Of a stretch of DNA of 64,000 nt, positions 43,259 through 53,817 are shown piece by piece. The notes beneath the pieces were generated by a model, which saw only the letters and a list, made by a program, of their open reading frames with translations, was not told the DNA's origin and ran no database searches. Position 1 is the first letter of the stretch; each line of letters opens with the position of its first letter. This DNA comes from an uncultured cyanobacterium (lineage in GTDB: Bacteria; Cyanobacteriota; Cyanobacteriia; Cyanobacteriales; Nostocaceae). The stretch spans positions 4,768,001 to 4,832,000 of the forward strand of contig OY970166.1 of assembly GCA_963706595.1 (NCBI GenBank), written 5' to 3'. The position numbers were made by a program, and so were the translations under genes.

Positions 43259-44935
43259 ATGCTCAATCTCAAGTACAAACTAGGCGAATTAAACCCTCAA
43301 TTCTTACGAGAACTTAAAGGGCGTTTGAAAATTCGCAACGTTTTGTTAGCAATATCTACATCTTTACTTGGTCAGTTTATACTCTTCATGACTTTCCAAG
43401 CCCAACTGCCGGAAACCCTGATGGAATTGCCATATAGCAACAAGTATTGTACAGGTGAATCTAAATATAATCTACAAGAATGTATTGTCGATAATTACGG
43501 TAATCTCATTATCAACTGGCAATTATGGTATCAAGACATTTTTGATTGGCTCAGTTTGCTAGGAATTTTTGCCATTTTACTCGGTGGAACCTATTTACTC
43601 ATCAATGATTTAGCCACCGAAGAACGGCGAGATACGCTAAATTTTATTCGTCTTAGCCCCCAACCACCCCAAAGTATTCTCTTGGGTAAAATGCTGGGTG
43701 TTCCCATCGTTTTGTATCTGGTAATATTGCTGGCAATTCCTTTCCATTTTTGGTTAGGTTTGAATGCCAAATTACCCTGGGAGCAAATTTCAATTTTTTA
43801 TATAATTCTGCTCGCTTCTAGCTTTTTCTACTACAGTGGCGCATTACTATTTGGTTTAATAGGTTCTTGGTTAGTTGGTTTTCAATCTTGGTTAGGAAGC
43901 GTGTTTGTTTTGGGTTTGCTGCTATTTACTCAGGAAGCACTAAAGGATGGTAATTACTTAGCCGGTCCGTTGCAAGCACTGAGGCTGATTAGTCCACAGT
44001 ATTTTATTCCCCATTCTTCAGCCAGTTTTGGACTTGCTAGTTTTCACTGGTTTGGTCTCCCATTAGGAGATAGTTTTGTGATTATCAGCAGCTTTACTTT
44101 AGCAGTTTACTTAATCGGCAGTTACTTTATCTGGAAATCTCTACAACGTTGCTATCTTGATCCTAATGCCACAATGTTGAGTAAGCAACAGAGTTATTTA
44201 CTCACTATTAGCTTTACTGCTATTACTTTAGGATGTGCCACTTGGCCAAATGTAGTTGCTAAAAATTATTCCTTATCAGGACTAAAGGCAGATTTATCAA
44301 TGTTATTGTTTCTGTATCTGGTGCTGTTTTTATATCTGATTGCGGCGCTGATGCCGAATCGCCAAACACTACAAGATTGGGCTAGATATCGCCACATTTA
44401 TACTGCTAAAAATTCAGGTAAGGGCAAGTTAATCAAGGATTTAATTCAAGGTGAAAAAAGTCCGGGTGTACTAGCGATCGCGATCAATGCTTTAATTGCT
44501 ATTACTAGCATGAGTGTATTTATTTCCATCCAACCAATCGATGTATTTCACAAAATTACTGGTTTTGCCGCTTTAATTTTCGCCTTTAGTTTATTGATGA
44601 TCTATGCAGCCTTAGCTCAACTACTTTTATTCATGAAAAATGACATGAGATTATTATGGACTAATGGCATTATCGGGGCTGTAATTATTTTGCCACCGAT
44701 TGTTTTAGTCCTGTTGTTCTCCGAACCTGGAAATCAAACTTTTCTGTGGTTGTTTTCTATAGCTGCACCAGTTATATTTTTACACTTACAAAATCAGGCT
44801 TTGTTAAATGTCATGAGTTCTATTGTCGCCATTTTGGGACACGCAGGTATTTTAGGTTTATTGCTGTTCCAAACCCAGCGCCAATTGCAAAAAGCCGGAG
44901 AATCAGCTACAAAGGCACTATTAACACCAAATTAA
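43259..44935 (+). CDS. ABC-2 type permease-like membrane protein, paralog 2
   Basis: Same motifs as paralog 1 plus an extra loop with two Cys (YCTG...ECIVD). Confidence 0.8.
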   Translation: MLNLKYKLGELNPQFLRELKGRLKIRNVLLAISTSLLGQFILFMTFQAQLPETLMELPYSNKYCTGESKYNLQECIVDNYGNLIINWQLWYQDIFDWLSLLGIFAILLGGTYLLINDLATEERRDTLNFIRLSPQPPQSILLGKMLGVPIVLYLVILLAIPFHFWLGLNAKLPWEQISIFYIILLASSFFYYSGALLFGLIGSWLVGFQSWLGSVFVLGLLLFTQEALKDGNYLAGPLQALRLISPQYFIPHSSASFGLASFHWFGLPLGDSFVIISSFTLAVYLIGSYFIWKSLQRCYLDPNATMLSKQQSYLLTISFTAITLGCATWPNVVAKNYSLSGLKADLSMLLFLYLVLFLYLIAALMPNRQTLQDWARYRHIYTAKNSGKGKLIKDLIQGEKSPGVLAIAINALIAITSMSVFISIQPIDVFHKITGFAALIFAFSLLMIYAALAQLLLFMKNDMRLLWTNGIIGAVIILPPIVLVLLFSEPGNQTFLWLFSIAAPVIFLHLQNQALLNVMSSIVAILGHAGILGLLLFQTQRQLQKAGESATKALLTPN

Positions 44936-44985
44936 ATCCCACATTTGATTGAGGGATGGGTGTTCTCACCTGTGCCATAATTCTC

Positions 44986-46094
44986 TTATTTACCAACTAA
45001 AACTTCTTTTCTGGCGACTGCTGTGGGGATATTGTAGTTCTTAGCTAATTCGTGGTAGACAGCCAGGGTTTCTTCATTCACTCGCGCCGCACTAAAACGT
45101 TGTAAATTTTCTTTGGCGCGACATCTCCACCTGCGTAATTGTACGGGGTCTCTGAGCAATTGTGTCAAAGCTGTGGCTAAGGTTTGACTATCTTGAGGTG
45201 GAACTAAAATACCAGCTTGTCGATTATCTAAAGTTTCGGGAATCCCGTCTACATCGCTGGCGATAATTGCACAACCTGCTTCCCGCGCCTCTGTCAGCAC
45301 TAAACCAAAGGATTCGCAGTGTGAAGCCAGAACAAAAATATCGGTTGCTAACATATAGCGTTGCGGTTCTGGCTGGAATCCTTCAAAATGAATGCGATCG
45401 CGATCAACTGTATTTTGCACCATTGTCTCAAAGGTGGCGCGGTCTGCCCATCTCCGACTAAATATAGATGGGCGTTGGGAAATTCTGCCGCAATTTTGCT
45501 AAAAGCTGTAATTAACTCCACAATTCCTTTGCGGGTATACATCCCGGCTACAGTGGTAATTGCTGGACGCTGTAGGGGTAGTGGTTGGTAATTTTGAATG
45601 CTACTATGCCGAGGACTGTTTAATGTCCCGTTGGATATTACCCGCAGCTTCTTTGGTGGTATACCTCGCTGTACCATTGAATCAGCTACTGCATGACTAA
45701 CAGCAATGACTCGATCGGCTAATCCCATCAGTACAGCACTACGCTGGAACTCATTGTGTACTGTAGAAACTAAACTGTACTTATAGCTGCTTTTGTACAT
45801 CCCTGCTAGTACAACCCCTGTCATCATGTGTGCATGGACAATATCAGGCTGAAACTCTTGCAAAATCTGTCGAAAACGCCAAGCAGCTTTGATAATATTT
45901 AGTGGTTCTCGATACTGATTTAATTGCCAGTGTTGGACATAATGAGATGCTAGTAATATATCATATTCGCCTCCATCTGAGACAACAGCCACAGTATGAC
46001 CATCTTGACTTTGTAAACAAGCTAAGTCTACTGCTACATTGACAATTCCATTACCAATTTTCTGAATGTGGTTGATAATATGTAATATCCGCAT
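44986..46094 (-). CDS. GT4 glycosyltransferase, split by a -1 frameshift near 45446
   Basis: DIVHAH and ESFGLVLTEA motifs. Adding one C restores VGDGPDR and gives a 369 aa protein. Confidence 0.88.
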
Positions 46095-46114
46095 ATAATT
46101 TTTATCCTCAGCAG

Positions 46115-46921
46115 TTAGTCAATCTTAAAAAAGATTTCATAAGAACCTAAAAAACGCTTAATAAAGCCACGAGGTAGGCTTTCAACTTGAGATACATAAG
46201 AGGCGATCGCTCTATTTTTCTTTTCTTGAACTGGTGTAATAGAAAAACAGTGCGCTGCGGCTATGTCCTGTAACTTGAGGAGAATAAAGAGCGGCGCTCT
46301 CCAAAATAACCAAATGGGATATTGTAGCAATTCTACTGTGATGTTATTTTGAGCGTAGATGCTAAGTAGCTTCTCATCAGATATGGCTGTTTTGACTAAT
46401 TGATACGTAGCTTCATGATCTCTATGACAATCTTTTTGGTGAGGTACATATACTTCTTCTGGTTGATAATATCGAATCAGTGCAGATACTTGAGAAATTG
46501 TCTGTTTTTTATCTTCAGGTTTTAAATTTTGCAAACTCCCATCTGGTTTAGCTAAAAAATGGATCTCTGATGCTTCTACTCCTAAAATCGCCAATGCTGT
46601 TACTGCCTCTTGTTGGCGAATTTGGACTAGAGTATTTTGAGAATCTCCAACTCCTAACCCCTGTCCATCTGTGAGAAATACAACTATGACTGGTATTCCC
46701 TGTTCACGCTTATGAGCAATCATTCCCCCACAGCCAAAGGTTTCATCATCTTGGTGAGGAGAAAACACCATCGCTGATTTTTGGGTAAATTCTAAAGGCT
46801 GACTGCTACGAAGTAAAATCCATTTGCACAGTAAGCTAGAGTGGATATATTGTAATTTCTCAAGCCAAGGATAAGGAAATATTGTTTGTAAGCGCTGCAA
46901 ATGAGTTTTGACTGTGATCAT
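46115..46921 (-). CDS. PIG-L family deacetylase
   Basis: SPHQDDETFGCGG, RQQEA, HRDH. Confidence 0.92.
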   Translation of the reverse strand: MITVKTHLQRLQTIFPYPWLEKLQYIHSSLLCKWILLRSSQPLEFTQKSAMVFSPHQDDETFGCGGMIAHKREQGIPVIVVFLTDGQGLGVGDSQNTLVQIRQQEAVTALAILGVEASEIHFLAKPDGSLQNLKPEDKKQTISQVSALIRYYQPEEVYVPHQKDCHRDHEATYQLVKTAISDEKLLSIYAQNNITVELLQYPIWLFWRAPLFILLKLQDIAAAHCFSITPVQEKKNRAIASYVSQVESLPRGFIKRFLGSYEIFFKID

Positions 46922-47029
46922 TACTTAATGTTCCCTAAAAAATTACTTATTCAATGGAGTCAGCAACTTGGTTATGAAAAACTACTTATGTGCAATTTTT
47001 TTAACTATTGAATCAGCTTTAACATTAAT

Positions 47030-47170
47030 AGGACTTACGCAAAAACCCTCTCAAACCCTTATTTCTCTATGTCCTCTGCGTCTGGTGTGGTATGCGCTAC
47101 GCGCACGCTACGCGTTAAGCGCAAGCTATGCCGAAGGCTGTACGTTTTTTCATAATTTTGCGTAAGTCCT
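47030..47170. mobile_element. MITE-like element (141 bp)
   Basis: Perfect 15 bp terminal inverted repeats AGGACTTACGCAAAA / TTTTGCGTAAGTCCT; interior holds smaller GC-rich repeats. Confidence 0.75.
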
Positions 47171-47670
47171 GATTAAATTTTAGTGTTTTTTAATAATTTT
47201 AATTCTTCCTGGTTGCATCCCAATAAGTTCAATTATTACTTACTTCTATTTTATAAATTTATTTTTTATGTAAAGAAAGTCTGTAAATGTAAAATAATGT
47301 CTTTATTGATAGAATAATAATTCTATTTTTATGCCCAAAGGATATTGTTTTTTTGATGTATAGCTGGGGAGTAGGGAGAAGAATAATGGTTGTTAAGTAA
47401 CCGGAAGTTTAAAATAATTTCTTACTCCCCCTTACTCCGGTGCTTCCTGCTCCCCAGCTTCTTCTAGGGAGTGGGTTAAAATCCTTTTGGTGTCTAAGTT
47501 TGATTATCCGTTTATGTCTTAACCTCCTTGGCGGTTGCTATAATTATGTCGAGTGTTTTTTTATGTTCTACAAAATCAATAGAGAAACAACAAGACAAAG
47601 AAACAGAGTTACTGGACAACAGCCAGAAACTCTGTTATTAACAGCGTTTTCTCTATCTCTTGGCGAATGC

Positions 47671-49887
47671 TTATAATTTCAGGCGATACACAATCACTTT
47701 GGCTTTGGCGTTTTCTTCTACAAATACGAGATATTCACCATTAGAGCGGCGGGTAGCACGAATACCATAAGGGATATCAATCCAGCCACTTTCGTTTGCA
47801 ACTTCTTTCCCTGGTTTTAAATTTTTGACAAAAGCCCCTGTCTTGGCATTATATATATATACTTCTGCGGTTTTTACAGTGACGGCAAAAACATAGTCTC
47901 CGGCTACACTCATGGCTGCGGTGGAAACTTCGCGTTTACCAGTCGTATCGTGGGGAACTACTATGCGCCAACGAGGTGTGCTATTTCCCTGACTCCAATT
48001 ATCAAAGCGCACAATCTCAGAACCCAAAACTTTGGTATCATCACCAACTGCGGGATGATCGACTGTAAAGCCTGATAAATACATGGTATCGGTTTCTGGT
48101 AAATACTCAATCCGCCGCAAATCGCTAAATAAGCTGGGGGTTTTTTGCTTTTGCATGGAACTATAGGTGTAGATGGGGTTTCCATGCTCATCTAGTCCCT
48201 GTAAAGGATAACGGCGGATACCGTCTTTGGTTCGCAAGGTTTTCCAGACATCACCTTTAGTATCTACCCACCAGCCGCCGATGTAAGGATAATCTTCGCT
48301 GCGATCGTATTCACCTTGATCAAATTTACCGTTTTTGTTGCGATCGCGCCAAATCCATTCTCCTGATTCTGGTTGCTGTGGCGGCCAACTTTTCTCAATT
48401 GATTTTCCCCCACCACCACGAGTCCCCACAAACATTCCCGCCGGAATCGCAATTTTGCCATCTGTATTGGAATTGAAGCGATAAACTTGCAGAAAGCTTT
48501 CATACATATCAGTGAGGAAAACAAAGGGTTTCCCTTGGATGCGGCGCACCCAGGTAGCATCCGGCGATGTATGCAAACGTGGATCTTGGGGATATTTGAA
48601 AGGATTTAATGTGTAGGCTTTGTAAGTCCATTGCTTACCAGCCGGCTGACTATAATCCATCAAAAATTCTTCTTGTTTGCTAAATAAATTTACGCCATCA
48701 CTCTTGGGATCAGCATCAGCATTATCAACAAACTTCAATCCCAATAATTTCCATAACAACTTTCCCGATGATGAAAACTTGCGTAAATCTGTGCCTGAAT
48801 AATGAAAACCATTACTATTAACATAGACATTACCTGCGGAATCTGTACCAACTCCAGTCAAACCGTAAAGTTTCAAATCTTTGATTTCACCAGGAACACC
48901 ACCATAAACTCCCCCCTGGCTACCAAAAGTACCAACCTGGACTGGCTGATTTTTAATTTGGTAAATCAGCACTTGCTGACGAGGACCATTTTCCGCTACT
49001 AAAAGTCTATCTTGACGGTCAACTGCGATCGCAGTTGGTTCCACAATATTAGTAATCTCTTGGGGTAATTTCTTTCCTTCTGGGGAATAAAGCCGAATCT
49101 TCGCAGCATTACTGCCATTTTCACTTTGAATAATCCACAGATTACCTTGTTTATCAACAGCTATTCCCCCCGGTTTCGTAACACTAAAGCTGCGTAATTC
49201 CTTCATGGTCTCGGTGTTGTAGACACGCAGACGATTAGCAGCAGTATCACTGACATATAACTCATTTCCCCTCGTTGCTAATCCAGTCACACCACCTTGA
49301 TTACTGACAATAATCATACTCTGATCCCAACCACGTCCCTCAGTAAAAGGCGCAGATTTCCCAGATAAGTCATAGCGTCTGACGCAATACCAAGTTGTAC
49401 CTTTTGCAGGATAATCTTGATCTTTTCTGTTCACAAAACCTTGGCGCATGGCAATGTAAATATATTTACTGTTTGCCGTTACAGCTTGTCCTCCGAGACG
49501 ACTCCAGCCGTGGGTATCACTCAATTTACCGATGACATTGCCATCTTTATATATTCCGGCTTCTCTGCCGGCTTCATCCCAGGCACTATTAGTGTAAACT
49601 GTGCCATTTGGTGCAACATACATGGATTCAATATTATTTTGTACCCACTTTTCTCCACCACCAAATGTATTCCCAATCCAAGATGTTTGATATGTGGGTT
49701 GAGGTGTTTTACTGCTAACCCCATCGTTGGAAAACCCAATGGCAGTAAAAATTACGACTATAGATATAATCAGAACAAAATTAACAAATTTCAATCTCTG
49801 AAAAACTTTATTTCGAGATAGTGTCTTGATGTATTGGTTAAGCCTCTGGTAAATTTTACCAAACTGCTGTATTACTTTATTTCGCAT
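47671..49887 (-). CDS. Membrane-anchored/exported NHL-type beta-propeller protein
   Basis: N-terminal TM segment; repeats PGGIAVDKQGNLWI, PTAIAVDRQDRLLV, GVGTDSAGNVYV. Confidence 0.78.
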   Translation of the reverse strand: MRNKVIQQFGKIYQRLNQYIKTLSRNKVFQRLKFVNFVLIISIVVIFTAIGFSNDGVSSKTPQPTYQTSWIGNTFGGGEKWVQNNIESMYVAPNGTVYTNSAWDEAGREAGIYKDGNVIGKLSDTHGWSRLGGQAVTANSKYIYIAMRQGFVNRKDQDYPAKGTTWYCVRRYDLSGKSAPFTEGRGWDQSMIIVSNQGGVTGLATRGNELYVSDTAANRLRVYNTETMKELRSFSVTKPGGIAVDKQGNLWIIQSENGSNAAKIRLYSPEGKKLPQEITNIVEPTAIAVDRQDRLLVAENGPRQQVLIYQIKNQPVQVGTFGSQGGVYGGVPGEIKDLKLYGLTGVGTDSAGNVYVNSNGFHYSGTDLRKFSSSGKLLWKLLGLKFVDNADADPKSDGVNLFSKQEEFLMDYSQPAGKQWTYKAYTLNPFKYPQDPRLHTSPDATWVRRIQGKPFVFLTDMYESFLQVYRFNSNTDGKIAIPAGMFVGTRGGGGKSIEKSWPPQQPESGEWIWRDRNKNGKFDQGEYDRSEDYPYIGGWWVDTKGDVWKTLRTKDGIRRYPLQGLDEHGNPIYTYSSMQKQKTPSLFSDLRRIEYLPETDTMYLSGFTVDHPAVGDDTKVLGSEIVRFDNWSQGNSTPRWRIVVPHDTTGKREVSTAAMSVAGDYVFAVTVKTAEVYIYNAKTGAFVKNLKPGKEVANESGWIDIPYGIRATRRSNGEYLVFVEENAKAKVIVYRLKL

Positions 49888-50564
49888 ATTATTAGCCGTA
49901 ATGATTAATAAAATTCAGTGCCTGGGATGAAATACATAAAACTTAGGGGTGATTATCAAAACACTAGCTATATTTTTTACATAAACTTCAAATATAGATG
50001 AAAGGAAGTTTCAAGTAAGCGCTAATGGTCTAAGATTAACAATCCTGTGATGCTCCCCTGTAGAGATTCTAGACTCTAGCTTTTGTCAGAACTGTGACAT
50101 TTATTTGCACCCAGTGTCAGCTTTTATATTTATTAACCTTCCTGCAATCGTCAGATATATCTTTAATAACAAATAATTGTGAGGAAAGATTTCCTGTTTA
50201 CCAAAAATTCATCAAAAAAATACATTCTTTCAAACATAAAATCAACTTTATGTATTAATATTTACTTTTTATAAATCAAAACTTGTAAATATTAAGACAA
50301 ATACTCGAACTGGGTTGACTACCAACTAATTTAAATAACTCCACCAAGAAAAGACTGGTGTTGACAGCGTAATATAAATAGTTTAGGGGCTAATATTTTC
50401 TGAAAGTATCTACAGAGTAGGACGTGAAAATTACTGATTTTGTAGATAATGGCAGGATAGAAGTATTAGCACCATCAACTTATTTACGATTGACTTAAAA
50501 ACAGCGCTGGAACTTGGTATTAAAATAAACGTATACACCTCAATATATGATGGGAGTTAAGTAA

Positions 50565-51734
50565 GTGGAAGGTAGAAAAGAAAACTGTGATTCAACATCT
50601 GCATCTATTCTCACATTAGGAATAGGCTGGTTTCCTAACACTCCCGGCGGATTAGAAAGGTATATTTATGAACTAACTCATAGATTAGCCGCCAATCAAG
50701 ACCAAGTAGAATTATGTGGAGTTGGTCTACCAGAAACTGAGTTGAATTTGCCAATTAAGCTGACTAACTTGGCTGAACCAGATCAGACAGTTTGGAAACG
50801 TCTAGGATCTATTCGGAACAAATTTCAGAAAACAAGAGTCAATAAACCAGATGCAATTAATCTGCATTTTGCATTATATAGCTTTCCGATTTTAGACCTG
50901 TTACCCAAAGGTGTACCCATAACTTTTAACTTTCATGGCCCTTGGGCATCTGAAAGTCAGCAGGAAACACTTAGTAATCAACTCAATCTTTTTCTGAAGC
51001 GACGGCTAATAGAACAAAGCACTTATAATCGTTGCGATCGCTTCATTGTTCTCAGTCAAGCATTTGGTAACATTTTACATCAACAGTATCAAATACCTTG
51101 GAGCAAAATTCATATTATCCCTGGAGGAGTGAATGTTAATTACTTTCAAGCCAACTTATCACGCCAAGTTGCACGAGAAAAGCTAGGCTGGCCGGAAAAT
51201 CGCCGCATCCTATTTACATCCCGCCGTTTAGTACAGCGAGTTGGGATTGACAAGTTACTAGAAGCGCTGGTGATGATTAAGCCGCAAGTTCCTGATGTTT
51301 GGTTAGCGATCGCAGGTCGTGGTCATCTGCAAGCTACACTACAACAACAGGTGCAAGAATTAGGCTTAGAAGACAACGTGAAGTTTTTAGGTTTTCTACC
51401 TGAGACACAATTACCCCTAGCTTACCAAGCGGCTGAATTAACAATCATGCCTAGCCAATCTTTTGAAGGGTTTGGATTAGCACTTGTCGAATCTTTAGCT
51501 TGTGGGACTCCAGTTGTCTGTACTCCTGTTGGGGGAATGCCAGAAATTTTATCCCCATTTTCACCAGAGTTAATTACTGATTCTACCGCAGCCTCAGCTA
51601 TTGCGGAAAAATTAGTGCAGATACTTTTAGGCAATTTAGCAATTCCTTCCCGTTTAGCCTGTCGTGAGTATGCAGTGAATAATTTTGACTGGCAACATAT
51701 AACTCAGCAAGTGCGGCAGGTTCTCTTAAATTGA
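50565..51734 (+). CDS. GT4 glycosyltransferase
   Basis: PGGLERY, EGFGLALVESLACGTPV. Confidence 0.93.
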   Translation: MEGRKENCDSTSASILTLGIGWFPNTPGGLERYIYELTHRLAANQDQVELCGVGLPETELNLPIKLTNLAEPDQTVWKRLGSIRNKFQKTRVNKPDAINLHFALYSFPILDLLPKGVPITFNFHGPWASESQQETLSNQLNLFLKRRLIEQSTYNRCDRFIVLSQAFGNILHQQYQIPWSKIHIIPGGVNVNYFQANLSRQVAREKLGWPENRRILFTSRRLVQRVGIDKLLEALVMIKPQVPDVWLAIAGRGHLQATLQQQVQELGLEDNVKFLGFLPETQLPLAYQAAELTIMPSQSFEGFGLALVESLACGTPVVCTPVGGMPEILSPFSPELITDSTAASAIAEKLVQILLGNLAIPSRLACREYAVNNFDWQHITQQVRQVLLN

Positions 51735-51784
51735 TGTCACTGCTAAACAATTGATTGTAGATTATACCACATACATTATAATAT

Positions 51785-52954
51785 ATGAAAATTCTGTTTT
51801 TAGACCAAAGTGGTAAACCCGGTGGTGCGGAACTTTGTTTAATAGATATTGCTAAACCATACCGCGATCGCGCTTTGGTCGGCTTGTTCGCAGATGGTGA
51901 TTTTAGAAAGTTACTACAGCAGCATCATATCCCAGTCAAAGTTTTAGCAACTCAACCCATTCAAGTTCGCAAACAAAGTAATTTGCTGCAATCTTTAGCC
52001 AGTGTAGGACAACTTGCCCCACTATTAGCCAAGGTGGTACAAACAGCTAAAGAATATGATCTGATCTACGCCAATACCCAAAAAGCCTTAGTTATTGGCG
52101 CATTGGCGAGTTTTTTCGCCCGTCGTCCTTTGGTTTATCATTTACATGACATTCTTTCTTCAGAACATTTTAGCCCCACTAATCTGCGGGTTGCTGTGAC
52201 TTTAGCAAATCGTTTTGCCTCATTAGTAATTGTTAATTCTCAAGCTAGTCGAACAGCTTTTATTCAAGCGGGAGGAAATGCCAAACTCACGGAAATTGTG
52301 TATAATGGTTTTGATTCGCAAAATTATCAAACTTCTGAATTTGAAGTTAAAGAATTACGGGAACAGTTAGGGCTAGAAGGAAAATTTGTAGTTGGACACT
52401 TCAGCCGACTTGCGCCGTGGAAAGGGCAACATATTTTAATTGATGCTTTATCTAAATGTCCGCCAGAAGTGACAGTAATTTTAGTTGGTGATGCCCTGTT
52501 TGGCGAACAAGATTATGTCCAACAATTGCATGAACAAGTTGCACAGTTGAAATTAGAAAACCGAGTGAAGTTTTTAGGATTTCGGGCAGATGTTCCCCAG
52601 TTAATGGCAGCTTGTGACTTGGTAGCACATACCTCAACTGCCCCAGAACCCTTTGGGAGAGTGATTGTGGAGGCGATGCTATGCAGTCGGCCTGTGGTAG
52701 CTGCTAAGGCTGGGGGCGCGATGGAATTAGTCGAACATGGTTTGAATGGTTTTCTGGTGACACCAGGAGAAAGTGGGGAATTAGCACAGGTGATCAATAC
52801 TTGTATTGCAGAAATAGAAATGACTGCAACTATCGCTAATCATGGTAGAGCGATCGCTTGTCAGCGTTTTGATATAGTAGCCATTAATCAGCAAATTGCT
52901 CAACTATTGTCCCACCAGTTGAAAAAACCAGCCCACCCCGCCGACGATGGTTAA
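51785..52954 (+). CDS. GT4 glycosyltransferase
   Basis: GGAEL, RLAPWKG, EPFGRVIVEAM. Confidence 0.93.
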   Translation: MKILFLDQSGKPGGAELCLIDIAKPYRDRALVGLFADGDFRKLLQQHHIPVKVLATQPIQVRKQSNLLQSLASVGQLAPLLAKVVQTAKEYDLIYANTQKALVIGALASFFARRPLVYHLHDILSSEHFSPTNLRVAVTLANRFASLVIVNSQASRTAFIQAGGNAKLTEIVYNGFDSQNYQTSEFEVKELREQLGLEGKFVVGHFSRLAPWKGQHILIDALSKCPPEVTVILVGDALFGEQDYVQQLHEQVAQLKLENRVKFLGFRADVPQLMAACDLVAHTSTAPEPFGRVIVEAMLCSRPVVAAKAGGAMELVEHGLNGFLVTPGESGELAQVINTCIAEIEMTATIANHGRAIACQRFDIVAINQQIAQLLSHQLKKPAHPADDG

Positions 52955-52969
52955 ATGGGCTGGAAATGG

Positions 52970-53341
52970 CTACAAACCGACTAATTCACGAGATTCAAAA
53001 TCAGTGAGTTGATGAGCGATCGCTAATCTCGCGGCTAATTTAGCTACACTAAACTGGTTACGCAGATATTCTAACTGCGCGATCGCATTGGCTTTTTCCG
53101 TCGCTAACCGAATTTGAGTATCCATAGCTGTTTGATATTCTTGATTCACCAGCAAAACTTCAAAACGACGGGCTTTGCGTTGAGCATCATTTTTCAAATC
53201 CACGTCAAAAGCCGCAGCGCGATCAGCGTTACCTTCAAATCGGTCAATTTGCTGCTGTACCGCCATCAACTGAGAATCGATTTCATTCACTCTTTGGGCA
53301 GCTTGTGCGATCGCAGTGGGATAATGACTTAGTTCCACCAT
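52970..53341 (-). CDS. Hypothetical coiled-coil protein
   Basis: 123-124 aa all-helical ORF with GAGGA RBS; central LKNDAQRKAR segment; contains HIP1 sites. Confidence 0.8.
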   Translation of the reverse strand: MVELSHYPTAIAQAAQRVNEIDSQLMAVQQQIDRFEGNADRAAAFDVDLKNDAQRKARRFEVLLVNQEYQTAMDTQIRLATEKANAIAQLEYLRNQFSVAKLAARLAIAHQLTDFESRELVGL

Positions 53342-53441
53342 CACATCATCTTCCTCATAAAAAAACTACTCCGGTTACTGAGCGCAGTCGAAGTAACTCC
53401 CTACTCCCTACTCCCTACTCCCCAATCCCCACTCCCCACTC

Positions 53442-53705
53442 TTACGCCACTTCTCGCAGTTGTGACGGCATATTTATTTCGGAAAATGGCAGTGAAAGTT
53501 GTTCACATTGAGGCGCAGCAGCTTGTTCTAAAACTTGTACTTCGATATTCACACTCAATAAATAATTACCAGTGTCAGTGCCAACAGCTTCAGCGATTAA
53601 TTGAGCAATGTCCGGGCGTTTCGCAGTCAGTGGATCACGTAAAATACACCGATCCCATTCATGTTTGGCAGTCGGATTGAGGTTGAGAATATAATGCTTC
53701 ATCAT
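53442..53705 (-). CDS. Small hypothetical protein with a clamp-binding-like motif QLSLPF (start could also be 53726 or 53765)
   Basis: MMKHYILNLNP...EQLSLPFSE; lies directly downstream of a strong promoter. Confidence 0.72.
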   Translation of the reverse strand: MMKHYILNLNPTAKHEWDRCILRDPLTAKRPDIAQLIAEAVGTDTGNYLLSVNIEVQVLEQAAAPQCEQLSLPFSEINMPSQLREVA

Positions 53706-53788
53706 CGGACTAACCCTTAAATCCATCTTCTGTGAACTCTTTCGCAGAGCCGTTTTGCTCTTCACTAGGCTTTGTCAGCGCTATACCA

Positions 53789-53817
53789 ATTATAGTACAA
53801 ACGTTCTAATATGGCAA
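53789..53817 (-). promoter_or_regulatory. Sigma70 promoter with LexA-box-like site in the spacer
   Basis: Minus strand TTGCCA-17 nt-TATAAT; AGTACAAACGTTCT at 53794-53807 (plus strand) overlaps the spacer and the -10. Confidence 0.8.
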
